Assembly (NCBI GenBank): GCA_035221665.1
Contig: CM069132.1
Span: 61,814,001 to 61,878,000, forward strand
Length of the DNA: 64,000 nt
From: Okamejei kenojei
Taxonomy: Eukaryota
Direction of reading: 5' to 3'
Position 1 is the stretch's first letter; every line of letters starts with the position of its first letter. The notes under the pieces are model-generated. The model saw nothing but the letters and a program-made list of their open reading frames with translations, ran no database searches and was not told where the DNA came from. The position numbers and the translations under genes were made by a program. Below are positions 11,562 to 24,785 of the stretch, piece after piece.

Positions 11562-12721
11562 GATTGAAAAAGCACTTCCCTACCATTCCTTGACCTCGCC
11601 ATCTCCATTGCAGGGGATACACTCCTGACCGCCATCCACTATAAACCCACTGACTCCCACAGCTACCTGGACTACTCTTCCTCCCACCCTGCTTCCTGTA
11701 AGGACTCCATCCCCTATTCCCAATTCCTCTGTCTACGCCGCATCTGCTCCCAGGATGAGGTGTTCCACACCAGGTCATCACAAATGTCCTCATTCTTCAG
11801 AGAACGGGAATTCCCCTCCCCCACTATAGATGAGGCTCACACCAGGGTCTCCTCCATACCCGCAACACCGCCCTCTCTCCCCATTCCCCCATTCGCAACA
11901 AGGGCAGAGTCCCCCTGGCCCTCACCTTTCATCCTACCAGCCGGCACATACAACACATAGTCCTCCGCCAGTTTCGCCACCTCCAATGTGACCCCACCAC
12001 TCACCACATCTTCCCATCTCCCCCCCTGTCCGCCTTCTGCAAAGACCGCTCCCTCCGCAACTCCCTTGTCAATTCTTCCCTTCCCTCCCGCTCCACCCCT
12101 TCCCCGGGCACTTTCCCTTGCAACCGCTAGAGATGCTACACTTGTCCCTTTACCTCCCCCCTCCACTCCTTTCAGGGACCCAAGCAGTCCTTCCAGGTCC
12201 GACAGAGGTTCACCTGCACCTCCTCCAACCTCATCTACTGCATCCGCTGCTCTAGATGCCAGCTGATCTATATCGGTGAGACCAAGCGGAGGCTTGGCGA
12301 TCGTTTCGCCGAACACCTCCGCTCGGTCTGCAATAACCAAGCCGACCTCCCGGTGGCTCAGCACTTCAACTCCCCCTCCCATTCCGTATCCGACCTCTCT
12401 GTCCTGGGCGTCCTCCACGGCCAGAGTGAGCAACACCGCAAATTGGAGGAACAGCACCTGATATTCCGCTTGGGGAGTCTGCATCCACTTGGTTTGAACA
12501 TTGAATTTTGTCAATTCTGTTAACCCTTGCTGTCTCCTCCCCTTCCCACCTCTCCCTCAGCCCTCGGGCTCCTCCTCCTCCTTTTTCCTTTTTTCTCCCT
12601 GCCCCCCCCCCCCCCCCACCTCCCATCAGTCTGAAGAAGGGTTTCAGCCCGAAACATTGCCCATCTCCTTCGCTCCTTAAATGCTGCTGCACCCGCTGAG
12701 TTTCTCCAGCTTTTTGTGTAC
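11562..12721 (+). mobile_element. 5'-truncated Penelope-like element (RT thumb, GIY-YIG endonuclease, pLTR)
   Basis: Reads PFLDL...HYKPTDSHSYLDYSSSHP..CKDSIPYSQF, then FTCTSSNLIYCIRCSRCQLIYIGETKRRLGDRFAEH...HFN; ends in a pLTR; 14-bp TSD TGAAGATTGATGAA at 11548-11561 and 12722-12735; inserted in an older LINE (~10500-13340). Confidence 0.9.
12631..12660 (+). ncRNA. Minimal type I hammerhead ribozyme core in Penelope pLTR (decayed copy)
   Basis: CTGAAGA-A-GGGTTTCAGCCC-GAAAC: CUGANGA box, stem II, GAAA box. Hammerheads in PLE pseudo-LTRs are an established feature. Confidence 0.6.
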
Positions 12722-13629
12722 TGAAGATTGATGAACTCCTGCAGTGATGTCCTGGGGCTAGGATGATTAACTTCCAACAACTATAATTATCTTCCTTTGT
12801 ATGAGGGAGGGCTCCAACCAATGGATTATCCAACCATTGGACTCTTTCCCTGGATTTATATAAACATAAAAACGTATATAAACATATAAATTTTACTAGG
12901 TTTCCTTAATGCTGCACTTAGTCAAATGCTGCTATAAATACAAATGCAATCACTTTCAATTCCTCTCTGTCATTCAGATCTTTGGTCCATGTTTGCACTA
13001 AGCAATAATGTCTGGAGTCAAGTGATCTTGGTAAAACCCAAACTGGGAATTAGTGGTAATTAAATTATTGATAATTAAGTTCCACATGATTGTAATATGG
13101 GTCACATCTTCCATCATGTTGCTGATGATTGAGGGAGTGGACTGATTTGGGCAATATATAACCAAATTGAATTTGTCTAGCTTTTTCTAAACATGGTATA
13201 TCTAAACAATTCTCCACAGTGTCAGGTAGATAGCTGTGTCATAACTGTACTTTAAAGAACTTAGTTACATGGACAATTCATTCCAGGACAAGGTTATTCA
13301 GTACTACAGACAGAATAATGCCCGGTCCCAAAGCATTAGATATATCGGCTTAATTTTTTGTTTCTATCACTTTAAATAATCAAATTGGGTGAAGATTTGT
13401 TTCTGTAATAGTGAGGATCTTCCTCCCATCAGAATGAAGGTCAAATGTAATATACACAGAGATGTTTTGACTGTGTATGGTTCCCAATACCTTGTTCTAG
13501 TAGCCATATGCTGGGCCCACCATTTCTGAGGATGGGGATGTTGGAATACATGGAAAAATAATTTACTCCAATGGCAGTAGCAGGGACAAGATGAGGGGGA
13601 AGATGGAAAATAAGACAGAGCGATATGCA

Positions 13630-14950
13630 GACACAAGAGGAGACTGCAGAATCTGGAAACTGGAGAAAAATATTAAACTGCTGGAAGAACTCAGCAGGTA
13701 AAGCAGCATCTATGTTGGTAAGGATGTAGTCACTGGGGTGAGACAGAGGTTGAAAAGTGGTAGGTGGAATCAAATGAGAAGAGTGTAATGAGCAGATGGA
13801 GCTGGGTTGGGAAGAGGAGGGGTAAGTGTTGAAAAAGAGGCTAGAAGGTGCAAGGTGAAAACATAAGATACAAAATAGAATATTTTATACAGATGGAACC
13901 GGGTGAAAGAGGGGAGAGGGAAGGACAGAGATAGAGGCTGGTAGGTGATAAGTGGAACCATATAAGGAAGGGATGAGAGACAGATGGGACCAATGCGGAA
14001 GGGGATAAGAAAGGTGAACCAAGGGAGATGAAACAGATAGAATCGTACGTGGGTGATGAGCAGATAGTACTAGGTGGGAGACGGTGATGAGTTGCGTAAT
14101 GAGGCAAGAGGGATTGAGAATGGAGGTGGACTGCAGCAGTGGGAAAGGAACAAAGAGGAAGTGGATGAACTGAAATTGGAAAGTTCAGTGTTCATATCAT
14201 TGAGCTGTAAGTGACCTGAATATACTACACAAGCAATGTGAGGTATTATTCTTCCAGTTTGTGTTTGGCCTCACTGTGACAATGATGAAGGCTGAGGAGG
14301 TGTAGGAATGGGAAAGGGTGTTGATATGACGTGCAACTGGATGCTCAAGAAGACCATTGCAGATAAAGTGCAAATGCTTTTTAAAATGGCTGCCTAATCT
14401 ATGCTTGGTCTCACCGATGTAGAGGCCACATTGTGAGCACAGAATACTATACACCAGGTTGGAGGAGCCGCAGGTAAAGATCTGCCTCACCTGGATGAGC
14501 TGTTTAGGTCCCAGGATGGTGGTAAGGAGGAAGTGAAGGACAGGTGGTGCACTGCGTACAGTTGCAGGCAAAAGTGTTTGAGGACGGGACAGGATGAGTG
14601 AGAAGGGATCAGTGGATCATTGAGTTACAGGGAAAATGGTCCCTGTTTACCACTGAAGGATGTAGGAGAGAGGTGTTGTTAGTTGGTAGTGGCATCCGGT
14701 TGTAGCTGCCAGAAGTCACAAATTGTGATATGCTGCTTGTGGGCACTAGTGGGGTGAAACTTGAGACCTCTACTGCTGTTCTGTCTTTGACTGAGAGACT
14801 GGGTGTGTGGGAAATGGAGGAAATGTGAGTGAGGTTTCCATTAACTATGTAGAGGGGAAACTATGTTTCTGGAAAAAGGAGGACATATCAGAGGTCCAGG
14901 TATAGAAATTCTCATCTTAAGAGATGTGGCAGACACTTCTGAGAGAAGGT
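13630..14950 (-). mobile_element. Older Penelope-like element remnant
   Basis: ORF 14197-14571 'QVRQIFTCGSSNLVYSILCSQCGLYIGETKHRLG' (GIY-YIG); pLTR motif at ~13640-13715. Confidence 0.8.
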
Positions 14951-15129
14951 GATGGCATCCTTAAAGGAGATAAGATAGGAAGAGAGAGAGTCACGGTAGG
15001 TGGAAATGGACATGAAGGAAGAATGAGAAGTGGAATCATATGACTGAAGTCAATGGAGAACCAGCAACTACAAGAGTGACTTTGTTTTGATGAGATGGTG
15101 TACGATGGCAACCGAACCATCCCATCAAC

Positions 15130-15373
15130 AACAAGAGAGTCTTCAGTTACTATTTACCTCCTTGGAGACCTCACACTATCTTTGATCGGATTTTACTGGA
15201 CTTAATCTTGTACTAAGCATTCTTCATATTATTTCCTTTATCATGTATTAGTACACTGTGGATGGCTCGATTGTAATCATGTATTGTCTTTCTGCTGACA
15301 GGTTTGCAGCAACAAAAACTTTTCACCGTACATCGATACAGGGTTCAATAAACTAAACTCAAACTAAAACTCA
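15130..15373 (+). mobile_element. Rex-Babar-like LINE 3' end; related minus-strand copies at ~27390-27590 and ~31795-31920
   Basis: GTACACTGTG...TTGTAATCATGTATTGTCTTTCTGCTGAC...AATAAACTAAACTC tail; reverse complements recur at the other two sites. Confidence 0.55.
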
Positions 15374-15999
15374 AGGAAGATGTAAAGGATTGTGAAGTTC
15401 ATGTATTTGCCAGCAATCACACTTTGATGGAAAGAAAAACCTTTCTTCTGACGAATAATCTTGGTTCATTAATGGTACATGGAGTACATACAGTTCACCA
15501 GTATGTATGAATTCAATGCTCGCTCATTCTGGTCTGGTCATTGTTGAGGAAGTTGATGTCCTGGCATAGCATGCCTAAGTGAAAGATGGGTGTCCCGTAA
15601 ATTGAGGTGTGCTCCGTTCCGAGAATTCTACATCTCTGAGCCAAATTCCACCTAAACATGGAACACAATTGCTCCTCCAGATGGTTTTGTTTTATCTTTC
15701 ACCGGTTGATAATCTTTTTCAGCTTGTTATTATTTTTGGTTATTTTCAAATGCCATTTCATCAGTTTGGAAATGTGGACCCAAAGTATATGCACTTTCCT
15801 GTGATTATCACCAATATTTAAAAAAAAACACATTTGTCAGAGATGTGCATAGATCTAGATCATATTCAAGCGCTATTTATAAAATTACATCACATGGACA
15901 CATTGAAAACATTCTTATCCTGGATATAAATATAGGAGAGCAATATTCCTCTCTTCAAGCCTCTCTAAATTTTGGGGATTGTTCTATTATATCGAAGTA

Positions 16000-18290
16000 G
16001 CGAAAGAGGTAACACAGGAGAGGAGAAAAGCTTGCCTGTGATGTAAATGGTTCTCCTTCTGGACAGATACAAGATGTGCCATTGGGATCGTTGTTGAATT
16101 TTCAATGTTTTAGTATTTTTAAAAATTGACTTCAAAAGATGGAGTCCGCAAAGCTATGGCTTGCTAAATTTGCCAATGACACGAAAATATATAGGGAAGT
16201 GAGTTGCGAAGAGGACAAATTGACGTAGATCGGTTGAGTAAATGGATAATAATTTGGCAAGTGGTTAATGTGTGAAAATGTATTTTTAATGTATTAATAA
16301 GGAAATTATTTAAATGGTGAAAAATTGCAGTTCTGAGGTGCAGAGGCAGCTGGTTGTCGTGTATGTGCTAATTTATGAGTAGCAAAAGGCTAATATGACA
16401 TTATAGCAAATAATTATGATAGCTAATAGAATGTTATTCATTGAGAGGGGCTTGGACAAAACTGTAGGTTATGTTACAGTTAAATAGGTGAGAGCACATT
16501 GTGCCAAAAACCTTCCTTCCCACCCTGTCCATTTGTGACACCACTTTCAGGGAACTATGTACTTATACTCCTAGATGCCTCTGCTCTACAACAGTCCCCA
16601 GAGCCCAACCATTCACTGTGAATGCCCTGCCCTTGCTTCACTTCTAAAATTCAACACATTACACTTATCTGAATTAAATTCCATTTGCCATTCCTTGGCT
16701 CACTTACGCAGCTGATCAAGATCCTGCTGGAATTATTGATAATCTTCTTCATTGTCCATGATCACCTGTTTTGATGTCATCAGCAAAGTTACTAATCATG
16801 CCTTGTACATTCTCATCCAAACAGGTGATATATTTGACAAACAGCAAGTCCAACACAGACCCCTGATGCACACCACTAATCACTGACCTCCAATCCGAAA
16901 AACAACCATCCACCATCACCCTGCTTCCTACTGTCAAGCCAATTATTTATCCAATTTATCCAATGAAGAAGATCAGCCATGATCATATGATCAGCCATGA
17001 TCATGTTGAATGGCAGTGCTGGCTTAAAGGGCTGAATGGCTTACTCCTGCACCTATTTCCTATATAGTCAGCTCTCACTGGATCACATGCAATCTAACCA
17101 TTCAGAGCAGCCTACTATGTGGAACCTTAACAAAGGTCTTGCTGGTCCAGAGAGTCTACATCTATTGCTCTATCCTCATTGACATTCCTGGTTATTTCTT
17201 CAAAAAAATGCGATCAAATTCATGAGGTACATGAATCGAATGAAACCATGCTGACTATCCCGAATCAACCCTAACTTTCCAAATCCATGTATAACTTATC
17301 TTTCAGATTTCCCTCCAACAATTTACCTACTGCAGATATTAGGCTTACTGATTCTGTGGAATTCTCTGCCTCAGAGGGTGGTGGAGGCAGGTTCTCTGGA
17401 TGCTTTCAAGAGAGAGCTAGATAGGGCTCTTAGAAATAGTGGATTCAGGAGATATGGGGAGAAGGCAGGAACAGGGTACTGATTGGGGATGATCAGCCAT
17501 GATCACATTGAATGGCGGTGCTGGCTCGAAGGGCCGAACAGCCTACTCCTGCACCCATTGTCTATTGATCTATAATTTACAGATTTCTTTGCAGCCGTTC
17601 TTAAATAAAGGCACAAAATTACCCACCAGAACCTTACATGTGGCAGCGATTATATCACTATCGCCTACAATTTCTTCTCAAGCATCTCACAATGATCTTG
17701 GCGATGCCTGATCAGGCCCTGGAGATGTTGTTACCTCATACATAGCACATAGAACAGTACAACATAAGAACGGGTTCCTAGGCTTACAACATCTGTGCCA
17801 AACATGATGATAAGATCACCTCTTATCTAACTATACATGACCCATTTCCCTCCATTCCCTGTACATCTATGTGTCTATCCAAAAAGTCTTTAAAATGCCA
17901 CTAACATATTTGCCTCAATCAGCACCCATGGCAGTGTGTTCCAGGCACTCTCCACCCTCTGTGTAAAACATTTGCCCCGCACATCTCGTTTAAACTCTGC
18001 GTCTCTCAACAGAAAGCTACAGTATGCCCTCTAGTATTTGATTTCTCCATTCTAGGAAAATAATTCTGACTGTGTTAAGACATATTCCTCTACTGTAATG
18101 TGGGCTACCCCCAAGACATCTACATTAACTTTCCCTCAATTTTTGGCAGCAGGGGATGGGTGGCGGAGGGTGGTTGGGAATAGTTATAGGGAATAGACAA
18201 ATATGTGTATTTGAGGTTTTAATCAGATCAGCTATGATCCTATTGGTGGATGGAGCAGGTGTAAGGGGCTAAGTGGCCTCCTTCTCTAAA
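16000..18290. mobile_element. Pile-up of CR1 LINE fragments in both orientations
   Basis: RT segments 'SGVHQGSVL..LF', 'ISNFADDIK' (16749-16937, -) and 'KFANDTK' (+); CR1 3' ends GATCAGCCATGATC..TTGAATGGC at ~16970, ~17490 and ~18225. Confidence 0.75.
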
Positions 18291-19789
18291 ATTGTATCCC
18301 ATATATTTCAACCATCCCTGCAGAAATGTAGAAATATTTAACATTAAAAAATATTTTAACAATTCAACTGCGTACAAAATCTTCAGGCAATTGAAACGAG
18401 ATTAAGCAAATCCTATATTATGCAAACCCAGTACCTTTAAAGAGCCATTGATTCTTAAGGTGCCCATTTAATGCTACAGCAGCATCAGAATTATATGACT
18501 AAACCATCCGTATGATATATAAACATTTGAGAAAATTGACATTGATGAATGATATAGTGTTGTGGTTTTGTTGAAAGAGGAACACAATGGCAGAGATTGA
18601 AAGATACATTTTCCACAAGAATCAAGTTTAAACTTAATAAGAATAATTGGTGTTTGGTGTCACTCAGCTGACATTTGCTGGGTGATGTCATTGCTTGTAA
18701 AAGCATTAGGCTGACAAGATGTACGTCTCAATGTTTGGTCAGTTATCACAGTCACAGTACAAGAAATACAAATGGTGAATTCGAGGTATGGTGAATTTCC
18801 TGGCTAACTCCTTTTTATTTTACCAAAATCAACACATTTCTTCGGAAAATTATTTAAAGGCACAGAATTACGACAAAAAAGTAAATAGGAGACTGTTTAT
18901 TCAAATGGTCACCCTGTGGATTGATTCTCCTGAAAGACCTGTACACATATATGCATTTGCAAATACTTGAGGATCAGCAAGAATGTACACAAGAGAAGGC
19001 AGGCCAACGCTCTTTCCCATCCCCACCAATCACTGTGCAAATCGAGGATGGGGATAGATGCAGTTATTGTGCTTAATGGGGCAGATTTCAGATCTCTGGA
19101 TGTTGCTGAACAGAACTGTTTGTGTGCAGCTGCTGTCTTGCTACAAAAACAGCGGTAAGTTAGAAACTGCCTTGAACACACTGTCAAACATTTAAAAAAA
19201 TACGGCACACGGGCACATTAAAAACTATTAGCTTGCATGGATGTCCAATGCAACTTGATGCCTCTCTGCACAAGCTATACCTAATGCACGTTCAAGACCC
19301 CACTGTTCATTAAGGTTTATAAGGCAAGATATCAGAAGCTGTTATTTTTTTCAGTTACATTGCTTCAATATAATATTTTGCAATTACTTGCAAGTATTTT
19401 GAGACCATTTCATGTTCTCTTTTTTGAAACATTTAAAGAATTTACAATTTTTTAAATTTCAACTTTAACATTTTAAAATTGTTTCTTAAGGTCCCTTTAG
19501 CCCCTTGGAGTGGGAGATTGCAACCTTCACACTGTCCACCCTGTTTCGACGAATGCAATCAACTTGGCGTGCACAAACAGAAGATCAAACAGAACAAGTT
19601 GTCTTACAACTTTAGGCTGTGTGCGCCATACGCAAGAAGAAGAAGAAGCCCCTTGAACCTGCTCTGCCATTTGATAGGATCATAGCTGATCCAATCTTGG
19701 CATCAGAGGTACTTCCGACTGCTCCCCTCATATCTTACTGACTTTGTGGTACAAATGTCTGTTCATCTCTTCCTGGAATCCAACATCTA

Positions 19790-20564
19790 TCTATATATTG
19801 TTAAAAGTCTCGTCTTGTTTGTCTCTGTCCGTGAGATCAAGGAACTATGCCAAAGTGGTAGACAATACCGCAAAACATTTGCAGAATCTTACTCAGCTTT
19901 TTACTGTGGTCGTTACTATCAAGTTTCTTCACATTTGCTGTTATATTTCACAAGTTATTGATGTTTAAAGATTTAAAAAAGCAAGCTTTGAAAATAATAA
20001 CTTCCTGAAAGAACTGCAGATGCTGGAAAAATCGGTATAAAAAAATGCTGCAGAAATTCAGTGGGAGAGACAGCATCTATGGAGAGGAGGAATAGGCGAC
20101 GATTCGGGTCTAGACACTTCTTCAGCCCCAGACAGGCCCCGCCTGAAGCTGCCCACCTCCCCCAGGTGCAGGATGCTCCCCCTCCCCCACCAGCCCCCGT
20201 CAACCCCACCTGAAGAACGCAACAAGAGACGCAACACATACACACCTCCCTTCCCTCCCCCTCCCCCCACACCACTCTCTCCCGCCCCACCTCCACCCCT
20301 TGCCCACACACACACCCACTCCCGTACACCGGCCTCCCCTCCCACACATGAAGAGGAAGGGGCGGGGGAGTGCTGGCAGATGAGGGGAAATCAGCCACGC
20401 CTGTGCAGTTAGGGGCTATGGGTGAGTGATGGAATATTGCTTTGAGGGAAAGGGTTGCAATGGGGAACCGGTGAGTGGTGGAATATTGCATTGGGGAATG
20501 GGTTGCGTTGGGGGGGATCAGGCCTTCCATGTGACTGGGACCAAATGGGTCCCATTTTGTCTAG
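19790..20564 (+). mobile_element. Non-autonomous Helitron-like element 1
   Basis: 5' A|TCTATATATTGTTAAAAGTCTCGTCTTG; 3' hairpin TGGGACC-AAATG-GGTCCCA (20536-20554), then CTAG|T; contains a pLTR fragment (~20010-20125). Confidence 0.7.
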
Positions 20565-20567
20565 TAC

Positions 20568-21245
20568 ATAACTAACTCTCTCATCTTGTTAGCTCCCAAT
20601 TTGCGTTGTTTTTTTTTTTATTTGCGCAATATTGGTACATGGTAGCTTTACAATTTTTTACCACCTTACTCACCATTCCCCTGTGCTGCAAGTGCACCAA
20701 GTTTTGTTCTGATCGGTGAGGAGGGAGTGACGGAGGGTAGGGGAAAGGAGAGGTGAGGGAGGGATTGGGGGGGGGGGGGTAGGAGGAGATGGGAAAGAAG
20801 AGGGAGGAGGTGAGGAGGGAGAGTGGGGGAGGAGGGAATAGAGGGGGAGGAGGGGAAGTGGGAGAGGTAGGGAGTGGGAAATAGAGGGCGAGGAGAGCAA
20901 TGGGGGGAGGTGTGGGGGGATAAGGGAGGTGAGGAATGGGGAGGTGGGGGATAGAGGGATAGGAGGGGGTAGGGAGGGGAGAGGAGTTATGGAGGGAGGG
21001 AGGAAGTGACTGAGGGTAGGGGAAAGGGAGGGAGGGAGGGATGAGGGAGGGATTGGGGAGGGGGGGGGAGGGGAGGAGGCGAGGAGAAAGAAGGGGGATG
21101 GTGAAAGGGAGGGGGAGAGAGTGCTGGGGATGAGGGGAAATGAGCCACGCCTGCGCAGTTATGGGCTATAGGTGAGTGGTGGAATATTGCTTTGGGGGAA
21201 TGGGTTGCATTGGGGGACCAGGCCTATGGGTCCCACTTAGTCTAG
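20568..21245 (+). mobile_element. Non-autonomous Helitron-like element 2 (tandem)
   Basis: 5' ...CTCTCATCTTG, G/A-rich interior, 3' ~125 bp homologous to element 1, ending GGGACC...GGGTCCC-ACTTAGT-CTAG|T. Confidence 0.7.
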
Positions 21246-21389
21246 TATTTCAATAAAAGTATCTTTTATTCCTGCATAGCCTAAAGTGTAGGTTCAACAT
21301 GCTCAATATTTCTTCAGACATTTATTCCTCCATCCCAGGAATCAACCGAATGAATCATATCCTTCCTGAAACTATGGAGGCTGGATCTG

Positions 21390-21717
21390 TACACATCCAT
21401 CACACGCACAAACACACCCTCCATGACACACACACACACCTACACCCACATACGCACACACCCTCCATCCAGCTCACACACACACACACCCTCCATCTCA
21501 CACACACACCCTCCATCTCTCTCTCACACACACATTCACACCCACATATAATCTCCATCACACACAGTCACACCCACGCGCACACTCACACCCACATCCA
21601 GCCACACACCCTCCATCACACCCACACCCTCCTTCACACACACACATACTCCATCAAACACACACACTCACACACCCTCCATCTCACACACTCACACACC
21701 CTCCATCACACTCACAC

Positions 21718-21751
<34 letters not shown>

Positions 21752-21755
21752 ACCC

Positions 21756-21789
<34 letters not shown>

Positions 21790-21790
21790 C
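21390..21790. repeat. Imperfect (CA)n / CACACACCCTCCAT microsatellite
   Basis: Visible tandem repeat; explains the His/Thr-rich ORF 21299-21955. Confidence 0.9.
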
Positions 21791-22039
21791 GTGACCTCTG
21801 GACTGAGCGAGACTTTCAGAATGAATGCGACCTCTGGACTCAGCCGCGGCTGGTGGGCTCACAGTTCACTCAGCACACGTAGATTAACAGTTCACTCAGC
21901 AAGGCGTAGACTCTTCAGTCACTCATGGCGTAGACTCACAATTCACTCAGCGTAGACTCACAGTCCTGGACTCAACTCTGACTCACGACCGGCCTCCGGG
22001 GCTTTATTTTCCTGCCCCCCATCATGACTGACAGGCAAG

Positions 22040-22237
22040 AAGACCAATCTGCTGATCTCACGATTTTTTAAACCTTCATAACTTTTCTTTTATTTCGCTG
22101 ATCGGAACAAAATTTGGTGTCTTGGATTAGAGAACAGTGAGTAAGAGAGCAAAAAAACCATAGCGATATAGGGTAGCGTTTTTGCGCAAATATATTTACA
22201 ATGTAGATCAGAAGTGGTCAAGATGAGAGTTTTAGAG
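22040..22237 (-). mobile_element. Helitron-like 5' end, opposite orientation
   Basis: Reverse complement reads TCTCTAAAACTCTCATCTTG...ATTTGCGCA...CTTACTCAC...CACCAAATTTTGTTCCGATC, homologous to 20570-20715. Confidence 0.55.
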
Positions 22238-23456
22238 ATAGGCAGACAAACAGATAGATGCTCGAGTGAAATAATTGCCATTTTTTTATGTCTCTGCTCC
22301 AAACTAAAGCCTCTCACACTGGCATATTGTGCATTTGTAGTCTTCAGCCAGATTTATAAAAACCCGACAGGGTAAATAACAAGAATGACAACAATTATTT
22401 TTCAAATGCAGGGCAAAAGGAACTGTTAATCCAATTTCACTATGCTCTTGATCCATGTAAATGAATACTCTCCATAGATGCTGCCGCACCCACTGACTTT
22501 CTCCAGCATTTTTGTTGACTTTCGATTTTTCCAGTACCTGTAGTTCTTTCTTAAACATATATAAGGATGAGGGTCAGTGGGAGTAAGTTGATTCTGCATC
22601 TAATTTTGAAGGGAATAATTTCACAACATTCAATAATACCAAGGTTCATAGAGGTAGAGAGCACCCCTGATTTTATACGAACCTTCGAAGTGTTAACAAA
22701 TCACCATAAATGGAGCAGAGATGATTGAGCTGAAGGATTCTTTTCAAGGTTGAGCACTAAAGTATGCCCTGCGTTCTCTCACCCGGACAGTATAGGCTAT
22801 GCAATTGTAAGGTGTGCTATTCTTAGCTGCTTATGATTTAATGACTTAAGCACACAGATATACATTTATAAACAGCAGAAAGCTTCATAATGTAAATAAG
22901 ACAGAAATGGCTAAATGGCTAAATGGACCTGGGTGAGGCATGTGGTGTCTCTCTCATAAGGCTTTGAAATCTTTCAGAGTTTATTGTTTAAAACTTTGAT
23001 CAGAGGAATAAGCCAAGTAATTCATCATTGTAATTAAAAGGCTGCTGAAGGGGCACTGCATGCCAGGGATCGATGTGGTTATAGGTTTGCTGCTGCAAAA
23101 TGCACTAGCTCCAAGGCAATGTAAAATACAGAGTGGCCAGGCCTGCACTGGCCTAGGAGAGTCAGAGCTCTTGTAATCGGGGCGCTGTGGGAGCTGGATA
23201 TCAGGAGAATAGGGCCTGGCAAAAACTGTGTACCTGGATGGAGGTTTAGTGGCTGATGTTTTGGGGCTAGGATGTGGGGTGGGTAATTATGTGACAAGAG
23301 ATCAAACACTGAGTTCAGGCTATTTCAGAGTGAGGTGGGTATTTGGAAGATAGTGGAGATGAGGTGAGATTGGGAGGGTCTGCAGAGTTGTGAAAGTGGA
23401 GAACATGAGGAGATTAAGGCAGGTTAACTTAGGGGAAAGGAAACTGAAAAGAGTTA

Positions 23457-24135
23457 AGGGTCTGTCCCACATAGGGGACTTTTTCGGCGACTGCCGGCGA
23501 CTGCCGGTGACTGTCACAGTCGTAGCAGGTCACCGAAACAGCGGCGATTGGATCCCCCTTATGACAATGTCTACGACAACCTATCACCTGTTCGGCGTCA
23601 AGCTACGGCAAGGTACTAACAACCCAATCATCGTGACTTAGGACGTCCACCTACAACCACACATACGACAACCTACGACTACACAGGCGACAACCTACGA
23701 CAACCAAAGTCAACCTACGTCCACCCGCAACAAGCTACGACAAGCAACAATCCTGTCGGCGACAACTGAAGACAACTGAAGACAATTCCGTTGCCGGTAC
23801 CTGTCACTAATTGACGTAGGTTGACGTAGGTAGTCTCCAATGGCATTCACCGAAGTCAGCACCCGGCGACAACCAACGTCACCTGGCGACAACCCGCGTC
23901 ATCCTGGCAACAACCTACAACAGCACCTACGACAGGAGAAGAAGTGCTACGTCCAGCCCACAGTCGCCGAAAATTTTTGAACATTTCAAAATCCAGCAGC
24001 GACCAGAAAAACGTTACAACTCTTTAGGCGACTTGAGGAGACTACTCATGACCATACAGGCGTCACCCCGCGACCATGTGAAAACAGCTTAGTCACCTGT
24101 AGTCACCAAATATTCGCCTAATTGGGACAGGCCCT
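23457..24135. mobile_element. PIF/Harbinger-type MITE
   Basis: TIRs AGGGTCTGTCCCACATAGG / AGGGCCTGTCCCAATTAGG (reverse complement); TTA TSD at 23454-23456 and 24136-24138; internal CGACAACCTA repeats. Confidence 0.85.
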
Positions 24136-24609
24136 TTAGGCAATGTGATGGGTTCACAGTGTTGGGTGGGGTAATCTCCCTGAGGCCTTTCTAAGTCACA
24201 TGTCTGCCTCTGCAGCATGAGTGTAATGACCAGTGATGGCCATTCCCAGGACCATCACTTGTGCATCCTATTTGTCTCCCACCATTCGAGACAAGGATAG
24301 GTTCCTGAGTGCAGCTGGCAAATTGCATCATTTGCACAAGGATGTGATGAAGACAGATATGCCAGTCCAATTTTTAATTCAACCCATTCATGGTTGTGAT
24401 CATGTTTTACTCCAAACAAACTCCATTTTCAATTGATATTGAGCAATATTTTATGGAGAAAGGCTATAAAGCTAAACTCAAAACATGACAGAGTTACTCT
24501 AAATATATGCACTGTGGGTGGAATAGGTTTGTTTAACTGAAACCTGTGTGATAGCATTCTTAGCTGATGATTGGGCAAGCCACAGGTAAGTGCTATTGTC
24601 TAGGACGTA

Positions 24610-24785
24610 ACTGCAGATGCTGGTTATACACAGAAGATAGACACAAAATGCAGGAGTAACTCAGCAGGGCAGGCAGTATCTCTGGAGAGACACTTCTTCA
24701 GAAGAAAGGTCTTGACCCGAAACATCACCCATTCCTTCTTCCCAGAGATGCTGCCTATCCCGCTAAGTTACTCCAGCATTTTGTA
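24610..24785. mobile_element. Palindromic pLTR-derived element interrupted by Tc1 (resumes 26275-26282)
   Basis: GAAGATAGACACAAAATGCAGGAGTAACTCAGC arm; opposite arm AAGTTACTCCAGCATTTTGTA, continuing as TCTATCTT after the Tc1. Confidence 0.7.

Noticed and set aside
11837-12514. 225-aa minus-strand ORF
   Set aside because: Antisense shadow of the Penelope endonuclease region.
21299-21955. 218-aa His/Thr-rich ORF
   Set aside because: Translation of a (CA)n microsatellite.
23560-23940. CRISPR-like repeated CGACAACCTA units
   Set aside because: Irregular spacing, no unique spacers, inside a TIR/TSD-bounded MITE in a vertebrate genome.
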